A stretch of 64,000 nt of DNA. Origin: the human T2T-CHM13v2.0 reference genome, Homo sapiens. The stretch lies in the NCBI RefSeq assembly GCF_009914755.1, contig NC_060944.1; one strand, 5' to 3'. The notes below the pieces were generated by a model, which saw only the letters and a list, made by a program, of their open reading frames with translations, was not told the origin of the DNA and ran no database searches. Below are positions 35,855-51,270 of this stretch, in pieces. Position numbers and translations under genes: made by a program. Within the stretch, counting starts at the first letter, position 1; every line of letters begins with the position of its first letter.

Positions 35855-36881
35855 AACATGATCTTATATATAGAAAACTCTAATGCGTCCATGAAAAAAA
35901 CTCTTAGAATAAACCAATTCAGTAAAGTTGCAGGGTATAAAATCAACATGTAAAAATCAATTGTATTTCTGTACACTAACAATAAACTACCTGAAAAGGA
36001 AACCAAAAAAAATCCCATTTATAGTAGCATCAAAAAGATAAATTACTTATGAATAACCTTAACAAAAGAGGTGAAAGACTTGTACACTGACTATTGCAAT
36101 ACACTGATGAAATAAATTAATGAAGACACAAATAGATGAAAAGACATTCTGTGTTTATAAAGTGAAAGAATTAGTATTGTTGAGATTCCCACAGTACACA
36201 AATGATCTACAGATTCAATGCAATTTCTTTCAAAATCCCAATGGCATTTTTTATAGTTGAAGAAAAAAAAATCCTGAAATTGGTATGGAACCACAAAGAA
36301 CCCCAAATAGCCAGTACAATCTTGAGCAAAAAGAAAAGAGCTAGAGACATCACAACCTCCTGGTTTCAAAATACATTGCAAAGCTACAGTAATTAAAACA
36401 GTATGGTACTGGCATAAAGACAGACATATAGATCAATAAAACAGAATAGAGAACCCAGAAATAAATGCAGGCATATATGGTCAACTGATCTTTGACAGGG
36501 TGCCAAGAATACACAGTAGAGAAAGAATAGTCAGTTCAACAAATGGTATTGTGAAAACCAGATATCCTTGTGCAAAAAAAAAAAGAAACTGGACCCTTAT
36601 CTTACACCACACACAAAATCAGCTAAAATGAATTAAATACCTGAAATTTTAAAATTTCTAGAATAAAACATATAGAAAAAGCTTTATGATATAGTTCTGG
36701 CAATGATTTATTGGTTATGACATCAAAGGTGCAGGCAACAAAAGCAAAAATAGATAATTGGGACTATATCAAACTAAAAAGCTTTTGCAAAGCAAAGGAA
36801 ATAACTGGGTGAAAAGACAACCTATGGGATAAGAAAAAATATTTGCAAACCATATCTGATAAGGAGTTTAAAACTATAATA

Positions 36882-37120
36882 CAATTGACCCTTGAAAAAT
36901 ATGGCTTTGAACTGTGTGGGTCCACTTATACGCAGATTTTTTTCAACCAAATGTGGATAAAAAATACAATATTTGGGGGAAGCAAAACCTGTGTATACAG
37001 AGGGATGACTTTTCATATACATGAGTTCCACAGGGCCAAATGCAGAACTTGAGTATGCATGAATTTTAGTATACACAGGGGATCCTAGAGCCAACTCCCT
37101 GCACATACCAATGACAACCA
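36882..37120 (+). mobile_element. MER8 (Tigger2-derived MITE)
   Basis: caattgacccttgaaaaatatggctttgaactgtgtgggtccacttatac...; TA flanks. Confidence 0.8.
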
Positions 37121-37600
37121 TACATAAGGAATTTCTACAACTCAATAGCAAAAAAAAAAAAAAAAAAAAAAAAAAGACGTGATTTAAAAATGGGCAAAGG
37201 ACTTGAATAGACATTTCTCCAAAGAAGACATAGAAATGGCAGGTATATGAAAAGATGCTCAACATTACTTTAGGGAATCTTTAGGAAAATGCAAATCAAA
37301 ACCACAATGAGGTATCACCTCACACCTGTTAGAATGGCTACGATCAAAAAGTCAAAAGATCGCAAGTGTTGGTGAGGATGTAGAGAAATTGGAACCCTTG
37401 TACTCTGTTGACAGGAATGTAAACTGGTACAGTCATTATGGAAAACAGTTTGGAGATTCTTCAAAAAATTAAAAATAGAACTGCTTCTAAGTATATATCC
37501 AATCAATTGAAAACCAGATTGCAAAGAGATATCTGCACTCCCATGTATTATTCATAATAGCCAAGAAAGAGAAACAATGTAAGTATCCATTAGCAGATGA

Positions 37601-37894
<294 letters not shown>

Positions 37895-38244
37895 TCAGTT
37901 ATGCAAGATGAATAAGTTTTAGAGATCTGCTGTACAACATTGTGCATATAGTTAACAATACTGTATTGTACGCTAAGAATCTGTTAAGAGGGTAGACCTC
38001 ATGTTAAACATTCTAACCACAATAAAAAGAAAAAAGAATTTAGAAATTCAAAAAAGTAATCTAAGTTCCACAAAGTAGAAGGTAACCAAAGTTAACATTT
38101 AGATACCTTTTCTCTTAAGACTTTTTCAAATGCACAAATCTGTATGTGTACTTTTTTCATTGTATATTTCTTACTAGTTATCACAGTATATTTTATTGAT
38201 GTTTTGTTGTTGTTGCTACTGTTGCTACTATTTGCATATGTGGT

Positions 38245-38685
<441 letters not shown>

Positions 38686-39749
38686 TAAAAGAATTAGAGG
38701 ATTGGGGCTTGTATTAGCTGATTTTGAGAAGGGTTCCAGGGAGCAAGGCTGTGCTCTGAATTGGCTACTGTCTGGAAACAGGGGCAGCTCTATGATTGGG
38801 TATCTGAATCGCTGGTATTTAGAATTAGAAGGCAGGAAGAATAAAGTGAAGTAAAGAAGCAGAATCACAACTCAGCCTGGACAAGGCACGTTTGGTCACT
38901 TTTAATGTCTTCTTTTGGGTTCAGACATGATTACAGAGAAATTTGGGTTTTGTCCTGATCCATCAGTGAGATAAAGTGGCCTTGATTGATGTTTGTGTTC
39001 TGCTTAAGTGTTTATGTTCAACAGGAGATGACAGCAGCCCGGTGGTAATGCCTGTTCTCAGCTGTCAGGGGCCACTTCTCATGCCTTACTGAACTCTCTT
39101 AGTTTGTAATTGATTCTCTTGGACTTCTAGTTATGATTTTTTAAAAATATGTCACAAATTTTATATAATTTCTCTCTTTTCTCTATTCCTCTTATTCTTC
39201 TATAATTTTATACTGGAATTTCTAGAACACTATCAAAGTATAAAAATGGTAGAAGGCCTTGATCCTATTTCTTACTTTAATTGGAATGCCTGTAGTATTT
39301 TTATCATTAAATATCAGATTGGCTGTTTGGGACGATAATGATGTCTGAAGAGGCTTTTCTTCAGTATACTAAATAAAGATCCTTCCTGTTAGTGTATTCA
39401 GAAATGACTGTTCAATTTTTTTCAAATGTTGTTTTGTATCTATGAAGATAATCATATGCTTTTCTCCTTTTCTATTCTGATGTGATGAACCATACTAATG
39501 GATTTCCTATTATTCAAATATCCTTGCACTTTCGGAATGCCAATTTGAATTTTTCCTGAATGAGCATCTGAGTCTGAAGTACTGCATTTATTCACAAGTG
39601 AGACTTGTTTCTAAATTTTGTGATGTCAACTTGGCTGTGTTTTAGCATCAGTGCACCTCTAGTTTCACAAAACAAATTGGGAGATTCACAGCATTTTTAT
39701 GCACCTGGAAACAAGTTACACAGAATAAGAACTGCCTATCCCTTTAAAG

Positions 39750-39910
39750 CAACACTGACCCATAGAACTTTCTGAAGTGACAGAAATGCTCTATATCTCT
39801 CTTCTCCAATATGGCAACCACTAGCCATATGTGGTTACTGAGCACTTCAAAAGTGGCTAGTGAAACTGAAGAAGAGAATTTTCCATTTTATTTAATTTTA
39901 ATTAATGCAA
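39750..39910. mobile_element. MER3-like hAT MITE
   Basis: ccaatatggcaaccactagccatatgtggttactgagcacttc. Confidence 0.65.
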
Positions 39911-39946
39911 TAACCTATGAAACCATGTGTCCAACATCTTTCTTGA

Positions 39947-40443
<497 letters not shown>

Positions 40444-40805
40444 TGAATGTTACATAATTGCATTTTCTCAAGTAAGCTTATCAGAGGCTTGTCTCTCTTG
40501 AGGGATCTCAAACTTAAATGCCTACATTGCCAGGCAACTAAGCATTTGATTTTGAGACCCTCAAAAAGTTCCCGTGCTCCTTCTGAAGGCCTATCCCTAT
40601 ACCTACCTACCCCTGGATACCACCCCTACCCACCTTCTCAGGAGCCTCATGTGATTACATAGCCCCTTCCCCTTGTTGTACCTCCAACCTTTCTCTTTGT
40701 CTATTGAATTCTTCCACTAGCATTTAAACATGCCCTAATCTCTAGATTTCCCCTGTTTTTCCAGCTACTCCCTAATCTCCCTTCTAGTTCCTTCTACTTC
40801 ATGAC

Positions 40806-41230
40806 TGTATTAGTTATCTATTGCTCCATAACAAATTACCTCAAAATTCAGCACTTTAAAGCAACAAATACTGAGGATCTCTCTAGGAATCCAGGAGTGG
40901 CTTAGCTGAATAGGTCTGGCTCAGGGCATCTCACTATGTCAGCTGAGGCTAGAGTCATATGAAGGCTTGCCATGGTGGGAGGTCAGAGGGCTCAGTTCCT
41001 CCCCACATGGACCTCTCCAAAGAGCTACTCATGACATGGTGACTTCATTCCTCCAGAAAAAGTAATCCAAGAGAAAGAACCACCAAGACAGAGCTACAGC
41101 GTCTTTACAACCTAATCTCAAAAGTGATAGACTATTGCTTCTGCCATATGCTATTAGTCACACAGACCTACCCTAATCCAATGTGAATACCTGCAAGTGG
41201 GGACCTTGGGAGCCATCTTGGAGGGTGGGC
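40806..41230 (-). mobile_element. MLT1 (F-H-like) LTR
   Basis: tgtattagttatctattgctccataacaaattacctcaaaa...gccatcttggag. Confidence 0.65.
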
Positions 41231-41689
41231 ACATTTTAAAAATTATTTTTCCCTGGTGCTAGGTTTTTCTTCAGGTCAAGAAAAGTTTCTTCTATTTTAC
41301 CCCCTGATTTCTCTGAATGTTGCATCCCATCGCTATCACCATTTATCTGATGTTGGGCCTCCTTCCTCTCTTCTCAATGTTTACTACTTTTTCCTGTCTT
41401 GCATTTCATCCTGTACCTTTCTCGCTCTATTCTGGGAAGCTTTCTCAAGTTTTCTCTCCACATCACTAATCTAATTTTAAATAGGTTTTATTCAGCTTCA
41501 TTATTTTTTGAAGATTTAAATTCTATAACAAAACTCTGCCTATTTTTTAACCCCCATTTAAGATAGCTCATCAGCCACCTACCTTGTCACTTCTGCTGTA
41601 TTATCATTCACCATTAGTCTCATTTCAAGATCATATCTTAAGAATATTGAGAACACTTCACAGGCATTTTCTAAAACTTACTCCTTCTT

Positions 41690-42801
41690 TTAAAAAAATT
41701 TTTTAATATCAATAGCTTTAGGGGTATAAGTGGTTTTGGTTACAAGGATGAATTGTATATAACAGTGAAGTCTAGAATTTTAGTGCGCTTGTCATCCGAG
41801 TAGTGTACAGTGTACCCAATAGGTAGTTTTTCATCCCTCACCCCCTTGACCCTCCCCACTTCTGAGTCTCCATTATCCATTATACTATTCTGCATGCCTT
41901 TGCATACCCATAGCTTAGCTTCCACTTATAAGTGAGAACATGCAGTATTTGGTTTTTGATTCCTGAGTTACTTCATTTAGAATAATGGCTTCCAGTTCCA
42001 TCCAAGTTGCTGCAAAAGACATTATTTTCTTCCTTTTTAAGGCTGAATTGTATTCCATGGTGCATATATATACACACACACAAATATATATATAACATTT
42101 TCTTTATCCACTCATCAGTTGATGGGCACTTAGATTGATTCCATATCTTTACAATTGTGAATTGTGCTGCCATAAACACATATGCAGATATCTTTTTGAC
42201 ATAAGGACTTATTTTCCTTGGGTAGATACCCAGTGGTGGGATGGCTGGATCAAATGGTAGATCTACTTTTAGTTGTTTGAGAAATATCTGTACTGTTTTC
42301 CACAGAGGTTGTATTCATCTGCATTCCCACCAGCAGCGTATAAGTTTTCTTTTTTCCCTACATCCACACCAACATCTTTTTTTTTTTTAACTTTTTAATA
42401 ATGACCATTCTGGCTGGGATAAGGTAGTATCTCATCGTGGTTTTAATTTGCATTTCCAACATGATTAGTGATGTGGGGCATTTTTTCTTACATTTTTTGG
42501 CCATTTTTATATTTTCTTTTGAGAAATATCTATTCATGTCCTTTGCCCACCTTTTAATGGGATTATCTGGTGAGGTTTTTGCTGATTTGTTTGATTCCTT
42601 GTAGGCTTCGGATATTGGTCCTTTGTCAGATGCATAATTTGCAAATGTTGTCTCTCATTCTATAGGTTGTCTGTTTACTCTGATGATTATTTCTTTTGCT
42701 GTGCAGAAGCTTTTTAGTTTAATTAGGTCCCATTTATTTATTTTTGTTTTTGTTGTATTTGCTTTTGGGGTCTTAGCCATAAATTCTTTACCTAGGCTAA
42801 T
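41690..42801 (-). mobile_element. 5'-truncated L1PB-type element
   Basis: L1 3'UTR and ORF2 end on the minus strand; TSD ctccttctt at 41681-41689 and 42802-42810. Confidence 0.85.
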
Positions 42802-43208
42802 CTCCTTCTTGAATAAATTTTTTTTCCAAATAATTCTCCCCTTCTATATCTCAATTCTCCATCTCTTAACTATAAATTATTTTCTTAGCTGTCATATTAG
42901 TATTTTCTTTTTACTAATTTTTGAACAAAGAAAAGTCAATCCAATCCAGGTGTTTAGGATGTGGATAAGTAAAACGTTTTTCCTCACTGTGAGCCTCTCT
43001 GTTATTAGTATCTTCCTCTTACTTCTTAGGCTGGAGGGCCAGTTGATATAAACTTGCAATTCTAGTTGTACAATCCAACAACCTGCCAAGGGAGAAGAGG
43101 GAAGAAGATTCATGCACTCCCCTGCAAGGGAGCTTTATTTTTGCTCTTCTCTGTTGGGCAAAACCACTATCCCATGAATTAACTCTGTTTCTAACTTACT
43201 GTGTAGCT

Positions 43209-44050
43209 GTGTAGTGAAGAGTTTGGTCCTGCCCCAATTGACGTCTGGCCTTTGCCTTAGGCTTCTAGGAGGTAAGCTATGCCATATCTAATAGGAGTGC
43301 CTTTGTTTAAGGATGGGGCTGGCCGCACTGGGTTAAAGGCTTAGGATAGAAGCTGGCCATGACAGAAAGCCTAATCATGTGACTTAGGATGGGGGCTTTG
43401 GAGCATGAAGTATCAATTGACCTGAAGACTAAGTTCAACAACAAGGCAATCAATTGATCAATCATGAGCACATAACAAAGCCCCAAATAAGAATTCTAGA
43501 TACCGAAACTTTGGTGAGCGTCTCTGATTAGCAATACTTTGTGAGTATTGTCACATATCAATACCAGAAGGGTGACATGTCCTGATTCCATGGGGAAGGA
43601 ACAGAAGCCTCACGTTTGGAGCACTCCCAGACTCTGCCCTATGTATCTCTTCCTTTGGCTGATTTTATTATTTTATTAGTTACTTAGTTTAGTTAATTAG
43701 TTGAACAGCCTCCCTCTGTCACCCAAGCTGGAGTGCAGTAGCACAATCACAGCTCACTGTAGCCTCAAATTCCTGGGCTCAAGTGATCCTCCTGCCTCAG
43801 CCTCCCAAAACAATGGGATTACAGGTAACAGTCACTGTACCTAGTCTTTTGGCTGATTTTAATCTGTATCGTTTCCCTTAATAAACCATAACAGTGAGTA
43901 TAATAGCTTTCAGTGAGTCCTATGAGGTTTCTAGTGAATTATCAAAACTAAAAGCGTTTTGGGGGAGCCCTCAAACTTATAGTTGGCATCAGAACAGAGG
44001 GTGTTCTTGTGTGGAAACTGTGTCCTCAAAGTTTGCAGTTTGGCTAATGC
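43209..44050 (+). mobile_element. MER21C-like LTR containing a minus-strand Alu monomer (~43700-43845)
   Basis: tgtagtgaagagt...actcccagactctgccctatg...gagtcctatgaggtttctagtgaattatc. Confidence 0.6.
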
Positions 44051-44227
44051 CAGGTACTGAACTATGCCAAGGTCCAGCCAAGACCATACACTACCTCTTA
44101 CCTAAGGCTGCTGTTTTATGTTGGCTGAAGCCAACCCTGTAAATGCTGGGCAAAAGGCAGTCCAAGTATTGAAAGTCTCCCACGTGTCCCTAGCTCCCTT
44201 ACCTCTGTACCTCATCACTTAAGTTAG

Positions 44228-44697
<470 letters not shown>

Positions 44698-45067
44698 AGT
44701 GGTGAGTTGGTCATTTTAAGAGATACCGTGGATTGTGAGGTGGTGAGAAGGGAGTCAGTTGGTGGAGTGAGTTATATTGCTCTCTTAACAGGAAAAGATG
44801 AAATAGACCTAAAACAAGATTTGAGCTAACTTAACATGTAATATTTTGTTGGGGAGGGAAACCATTGGAAAAGTACGTATTTATTTTAATCTTTACCCCA
44901 TCTATCTCTCCTTGCCATACCTGCATGATATGGTTTGAGTATATCCCTCAAAAAGTTCATGTGTTGGGACCTTAATTCCTAAATGTAGCAGTGTTGGGAG
45001 GGGGTGCCTAATGGGAAGTGTTTGGGTCATGGGGCTCCAGCCTCATGAAGGGATTAATGCAGTTCTT

Positions 45068-45134
<67 letters not shown>

Positions 45135-45459
45135 TTGTTTTATTTATATATATATTTATATTTATATATTTATATTATATATATTATATATATTTATATA
45201 TTTATATTATATATATTATATATATATTTATGTATATATATATTTGTTTTATTATACTTTAAGTTCTAGGGTACATGTGCACAACGTGCAGGTTTGTTAC
45301 ATACGTATACATGTGCCATGTTGGTGTGCTGCACCCATTAACTCGTCATTAGGTATATCTCCTAATGCTATCCCTCCCCGCTCCCCCTACCTCACAACAG
45401 GCCCCAGTGTGTGATGTTCCCCTTCCTGTGTCCAAGTGTTCTCATTGTTCAATTCCCAG
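45068..45459 (-). mobile_element. Short L1PA4/5-like 3' end with microsatellite tail
   Basis: ttaagttctagggtacatgtgcacaacgtgcagg...; TSD tgcagttctt at 45058-45067 and 45460-45469. Confidence 0.85.
45070..45243. repeat. (TG)~22 followed by a TA-rich microsatellite
   Basis: Directly visible. Confidence 0.95.
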
Positions 45460-48400
45460 TGCAGTTCTTAAGAAACTGGGTTAGTTCTCCAGAGAGTAGG
45501 TTGTTATAAAGTGGGTCAGCCCACTTCATTTCTCTTCTTCTCACAGGCACTGGCTTCACCTTCCACTTTTCCACCATGCTGTGACACACCATGAGGTTCT
45601 CACCATATGTGGCCATCTGATCTTGGACTTCCTAGCCTCCAGAATTGTAAACGAAATAAATCTCTCTTCTTTATAAATTACGCAGTCTTGAGTATTCTGT
45701 TCTAGAAGCAGAAAACCAACTAAGACAGTGCCCTCCACCTTCATTGAAATATTAAGTAAGCCACTGCCAGTCTTGTTTCTTGCCTTTATAAAGTTCTAGC
45801 TTTAATTGTGAGCTCACCATAGATACCAGAGTTATGAACAATAGAAAATATCATATCCATGACAACCAGGAAGCCCAAGGCAGTGGCTGATTTCAACCAT
45901 CTGGTTCTAACCTCCTTCTTTATGTATCTCTTTTCCTCGTGGGCTTCCCTTACTTACATAAAGGGCAGGCACTGCTACACAGACAGGCAGGAAAATGTCC
46001 ACAGTGTCTGCTGGAGGAGGTGATCCAAGTATCTGCATATGGTAGATACCATGTGAACAATTGAGAAGAGAGGAAACAACTACTGCTAAAGATATTAGAA
46101 AGGCTTCCTGGTTTCCTCATTTGAGCTCAGCCTTCAGGATGGCAAGTGAGTTTTGCTGGAGGAGGTCATACAAGTAAGCATTCTAGGAAGAACATTACCA
46201 GCATGCAAAAGGTGCAGAGAAGGGAAAAAGGAAAACGATGCTCATAAAATGATGATGGACTCACAGTGGATTTGTTTAGGGGAGTAGGGAGATAAGAACA
46301 AAAAATGGCTTAGCAACACATTGTGGAAATTTTTGAATGGTCAGCTGAAGATACTAGACTCTTTTCAGAATCTTTTGCTTTTTAGTATAGTACTTGGAAT
46401 ACTTTGTCTCCTTGAATTGCATGCTTACCTCTCCTGAATGGCACAGATGGTCTTTTTTTGTGCTACATCATTTAACACAGTGCCTTGCCTAGTGATGGTC
46501 CCAAAACAGTTGTTGATTTCTATTGAAAGTGCTGACTAGGTAATAAGAAGTCATTACTACCTAACTATATAAAAGAAACCAGAACCTACAACAGTTCCTA
46601 TTGCCTTTTCACCATCCCTCCTTTCTCTACTTTTCAGGCTTAAATTTTATGATTCACGTGTATAATCACTCACTTAACACACACCCTCAACTCTCTGGTC
46701 CTCACTCACCTGGCTAAACCCCAACCCTGGTTTAATGCAACTCTAACCTGCTGATTAACATTTCATTGCTTACATGAGAGGAGGCAGAAGACAGAGCCTT
46801 TGCCTAAAAAAATAGGTTAGGGCTTGGGCACTAACTCGTTCACCACCCACTGGGGTTCAACCTGAGGAGCAGACACACAGATTTCTCTAGTCTTACGGTA
46901 AAGAGTTATTCATCCATTCAAGCACCTTTAAAAAAAACACACAAACAAGCTCCTAGACGTAAAGAGCTGCTAAGTCATCATACCTATGTATACCAGAAAA
47001 AGCTGGACAAATTGAAGATAATAGACTCTTCTTGGAACCATCAGAGACTGAGGTCACAGGGCAAACCACTACCCTGAGCTCTGGAGAGACAGATGCATCC
47101 ACAGAGCTATTGCTCCTGAGATCTACTTACCTAGAATAAAAGCCATTAGAATCAGTAAGCTGGTGGGAACACTTAAATTATTACTTTGCTGAATTGCAGG
47201 AGGCTGAGTGCAGACTTGTATGAGAGTGAGAAACTCTGGTGAGGGCCTGCAGCCATAAGAGGGGCTTGACACTTACATGGACTGTCACTCCAGAAGCCCC
47301 ACTAGGTTCCCATGGGGATAATCTGAGAAAGAGCCCCTTCGGGTCAAGATGGGAGAAGAGAAGAGTAGGCATCTGAAAACCTGCCCAGACTATCATTCCT
47401 AGCAAAGGCTTAGTCCCCAGGTAGAAAGAACACCTGGCCTGCAGAGGAATAGGATTACAGTGAACTTCTCATCAGAAACCATGCAAGCAAGAAGAAAGTG
47501 CAGCAAAACCCTTAAAGTGTTAAAAGAAATTGCCAATCTAAAATTTTATATCCAGAGAAATTATCCTTCAGAAAAGGAGGAGAAATAAACACTTTCTCAG
47601 ACAAAAACTGAGGGAATTCATTATCAGCATGGAATGTTAAAGTTCTTCAGGCAGAAAGAAAATTATTTAGGTCAGAAACCTTGATCTACATAAAGAAAGG
47701 AACACCATCAAAGGCTAAACAAAGATAATACACAATTGTTTAAAATTCTTAATTGTTCTAAAAGAAAACTTGAAAATGGTAATTAACAGTGTATTGTATG
47801 CTTGGACTTCCCAGCCTCCAGAACTGCAAGCTATTAGATATTTAAAAATATCTAATATGGATAAGTGAAATAAATGATAGTAATGTCACAAGGGATGGGA
47901 AAAAGAGGTTGGGAATGCTGTATTATGAGGTACCTATACTAGATATGAAGTGGTATAGTATTATTTGAATGCGGGCTTAGGTTATTTTTAAGTGCAGATT
48001 GTAAAAACTCTAAAACAACCACTAAAAAGGTTTTAATAGTATAAATGATACTCCAGGATAAAAGATAAAACGGAATCATATAACATAATTAAAACAAGAG
48101 AATGCAGAAGGAAGGAGTGAAAAGAAACAAAAAACAAATGAAAACAAAAATAGTTATGAAGATGGTGAAGATGGTAGTTTTTCATTCAACTATATCCATA
48201 ATCACTTTAAATATGATGTAAATACTCCAGTTAAAAGACAGAGATAATCAAGTTGAATGAAATTTAAAAAAGAAAAAAGCAAGACCTAACCATATTATAG
48301 AAACCACTTTAGATATAGAGGCCCAGGTAGAAAGTGAGGAAATGTACTGCTAACATAAGGATAAATACATAGGTCAATGGAATAGAATTGAGAGTCCAGA

Positions 48401-49014
48401 AATAAACCCTCATATTTATGGTCAATCGGTTTTCAAAAAGAGCGTAAGACAATTCAGTGGGGAAAATTGGCTTTTTAATAAGTGGTACGTACTTGGGCAA
48501 CTGGATATACACATGCTAAAGAATGATTTGGACCCCTACTTCAAATTATACACACACAAAAAAACTGAAAATGGATCATAGACCTAACTTCAAGAGCTAA
48601 ATTGCATAAAATTTCTAGAAGAACATACTGGAGAAATCTTTGTGACATCAGGTTAGGCATTGGTTGTCTGGATACAACACAAAATACGCACACACAGAAA
48701 AAATAGGTAAGTTGACTGCATCAAAATGTAAAACTTTTGTGCTTTAAAGGACATCATCAAAAAAGTAAAAAGACAACCCACAGAGTGTGAGAAAATATTT
48801 GAAAATCATATATCTGATAAGGGGCTGGTATTCAGAATATATAAATAAATCTTACAACTCAACAACAAAAAGATAAATAACTCAATCAAAAGTGGGCAAA
48901 GCCTTTGAATAGACACTTCTCCAAAGAAGAAATACAAATGGCCGACAAACAAAGGAAAAGACGTTCAACGTCATAAGTCACTAGGGAAATACAGATGAAA
49001 ACTACAATGATTGC

Positions 49015-49445
49015 TGTCAGGCCTCTGAGCCCAAGCCAAGCCATCGCATCCCCTGTGACCTGCACGTATACATCCAGATGGCCTGAAGTAACTGAAGATC
49101 CACAAAAGAAGTAAAAATAGCCTTAACTGATGACATTCCACCATTGTGATTTGTTTCTGCCCCACCCTAACTGATCAATGTACTTTGTAATCTCCCCCAC
49201 CCTTAAGAAGGTTCTTTGTAGTTCTCCTCACCCTTGAGAATGTACTTTGTGAGATCCACCCCTGCCGGCAAAACGTTGCTCTTAACTTCACCGCCTATCC
49301 CAAAACCTATAAGAACTAATGATAATCCACCACCCTTCGCTGACTCTTTTTTCGGACTCAGCCCGCCTGCACCCAGGTGAAATAAACAGCCATGTTGCTC
49401 ACACAAAGCCTGTTTGGCGGTCTCTTCACACGGACGCACATGAAA
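49015..49445 (+). mobile_element. HERV-H solo LTR (type II, LTR7B/LTR7Y-like)
   Basis: tgtcaggcctctgagcccaagccaagcc...cctataag...aataaacagcc...cacatgaaa; perfect 5-bp TSD attgc at 49010-49014 and 49446-49450. Confidence 0.93.
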
Positions 49446-49821
49446 ATTGCCACTTCACATTCACTAAGAGGGCTGAAATTAAAAAGACAGACAATAACAA
49501 GTGCTTGTGAGGCCATGGATAAATTAGAATCCTCATACATTGCTGATCCTAATGTAAAATGGTACAATCACTTTGGAAAACAGTCCTGCAGTTCCTCAAA
49601 ATGTTAAACATGGAGTCATCATATGATCCAGCAATCGCACTTTTAAATATAATGAAAGAGAAATAAAAACACATGCCTACACAAAAACTTGTACATGAAT
49701 ATTCATAACAGCATTATTAATATTAGCCAAAAAGTGAAAACATGTCCATGAGCTGGTGAAGAAATAAGATGTGGGTATCCACACAATGGAATATTATCCA
49801 GCAATAATAAAGAACGAAGTG

Positions 49822-50115
49822 GGCCAGGCACAGTGGTTCATGCCTGTAATCACAGCACTTTGGGAGGCCGAGGGGGGCAGATTGGTTGAGCCCAGGAGTT
49901 TGAGACCAGCTGGGCAATATGGCGAAACCTTGTCTCTACAAAAATACACAGGTTAGCTGGGCATGGTGACGCATGCCTGTGGTCCCAGCTACTCAGGAGG
50001 CTGAGGCTGGAGGGTCACCTGAGCCTGAGAGGCAGAGGCTGCAGTGAGCCCAGATCATGCCACTGCACTCCAAGCTAGGCGACAGAACAAGATCCTGTCT
50101 CAAAAAAAAAAAAAG
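49822..50115 (+). mobile_element. AluJ/S
   Basis: Full Alu with A tail. Confidence 0.9.
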
Positions 50116-50447
50116 TGCTGAGACATACCAACCGTGGATGAACCTTGACTTATTATGCTAAGTGAAAGAAGCTAGTGTCAACGAAGAGTCAAACTCTGTA
50201 AAATATTTGAAGGAATTTATTCTGAGCCAAATATGAGTGACCGTGGTCTGTGACAAAGCCCTCAGGAGGTCCTGAGCACATGTGCACAAGGTGGTTGGGG
50301 TGCAGATTTGTTTTATACATTTTAGGGAGGCATGAGACATCAATCAAATACATTTAAGAAATACATTGGTTTGGTCCAGAAAGGTGAGACAACTCAGGGG
50401 GACTGGGGAGGGAGGGAGGGAGGGCGGGGGAGGGGGTTGCTTCCAGC

Positions 50448-50833
50448 TGAAAGTTTCTCTCCCGGGCCTGCAAGCTTAAGGGAATGAATAACTCCTCCTT
50501 CCTCAGGCCCAGTCCCAAGGTGCAAGGCCACCTGCACCAGCAACCTGCATCGGTGAGATAGCAGAGGCAGGAAGAGAGCTGGCCGGAAGACACGTACTCC
50601 CTGAAGACCGAGAGAGGCCAACGGGGTACCGCGTAGCCGTTACATCAGACTGAGACACTTCCTGTTTACAGGAGACTATAAAACCCCTGCCCCGTCCTCA
50701 TCTGGTGCTGACACCATTTTAGGTCTCAGCCCACCTGCACCCAGGTGCTCATTGAAACAACGTGTTGCTCCAAACCACCTTGTGGTGTTTGTCGGCGCGC
50801 TCTCGGGTTTCGAACCAATACAAGAGCCTTGCA
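50448..50833 (+). mobile_element. MER48 solo LTR
   Basis: tgaaagtttctctcccggg...actataaaacccctgccccgtcc...tcgaaccaatacaagagccttgca; TSD ccagc/cctgc. Confidence 0.8.
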
Positions 50834-50898
50834 CCTGCAGGCTGTAGGTAATATAGGTAAATTTATACATTTTCTGGTTGACAATTGGTTGAGTTTAA

Positions 50899-51270
<372 letters not shown>

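Larger units (their letters stand above)
44925..45727 (+). mobile_element. MST (C/D-like) LTR split by a short L1
   Basis: tgatatggtttgag...; ends ttataaattacgcagtc...aactaagaca. Confidence 0.75.

Noticed and set aside
45011-45414. Low-complexity ORFs (CV/YI repeats); similarly 58283-58732 and 62054-62729
   Set aside because: Translations of microsatellites and Alu tails.
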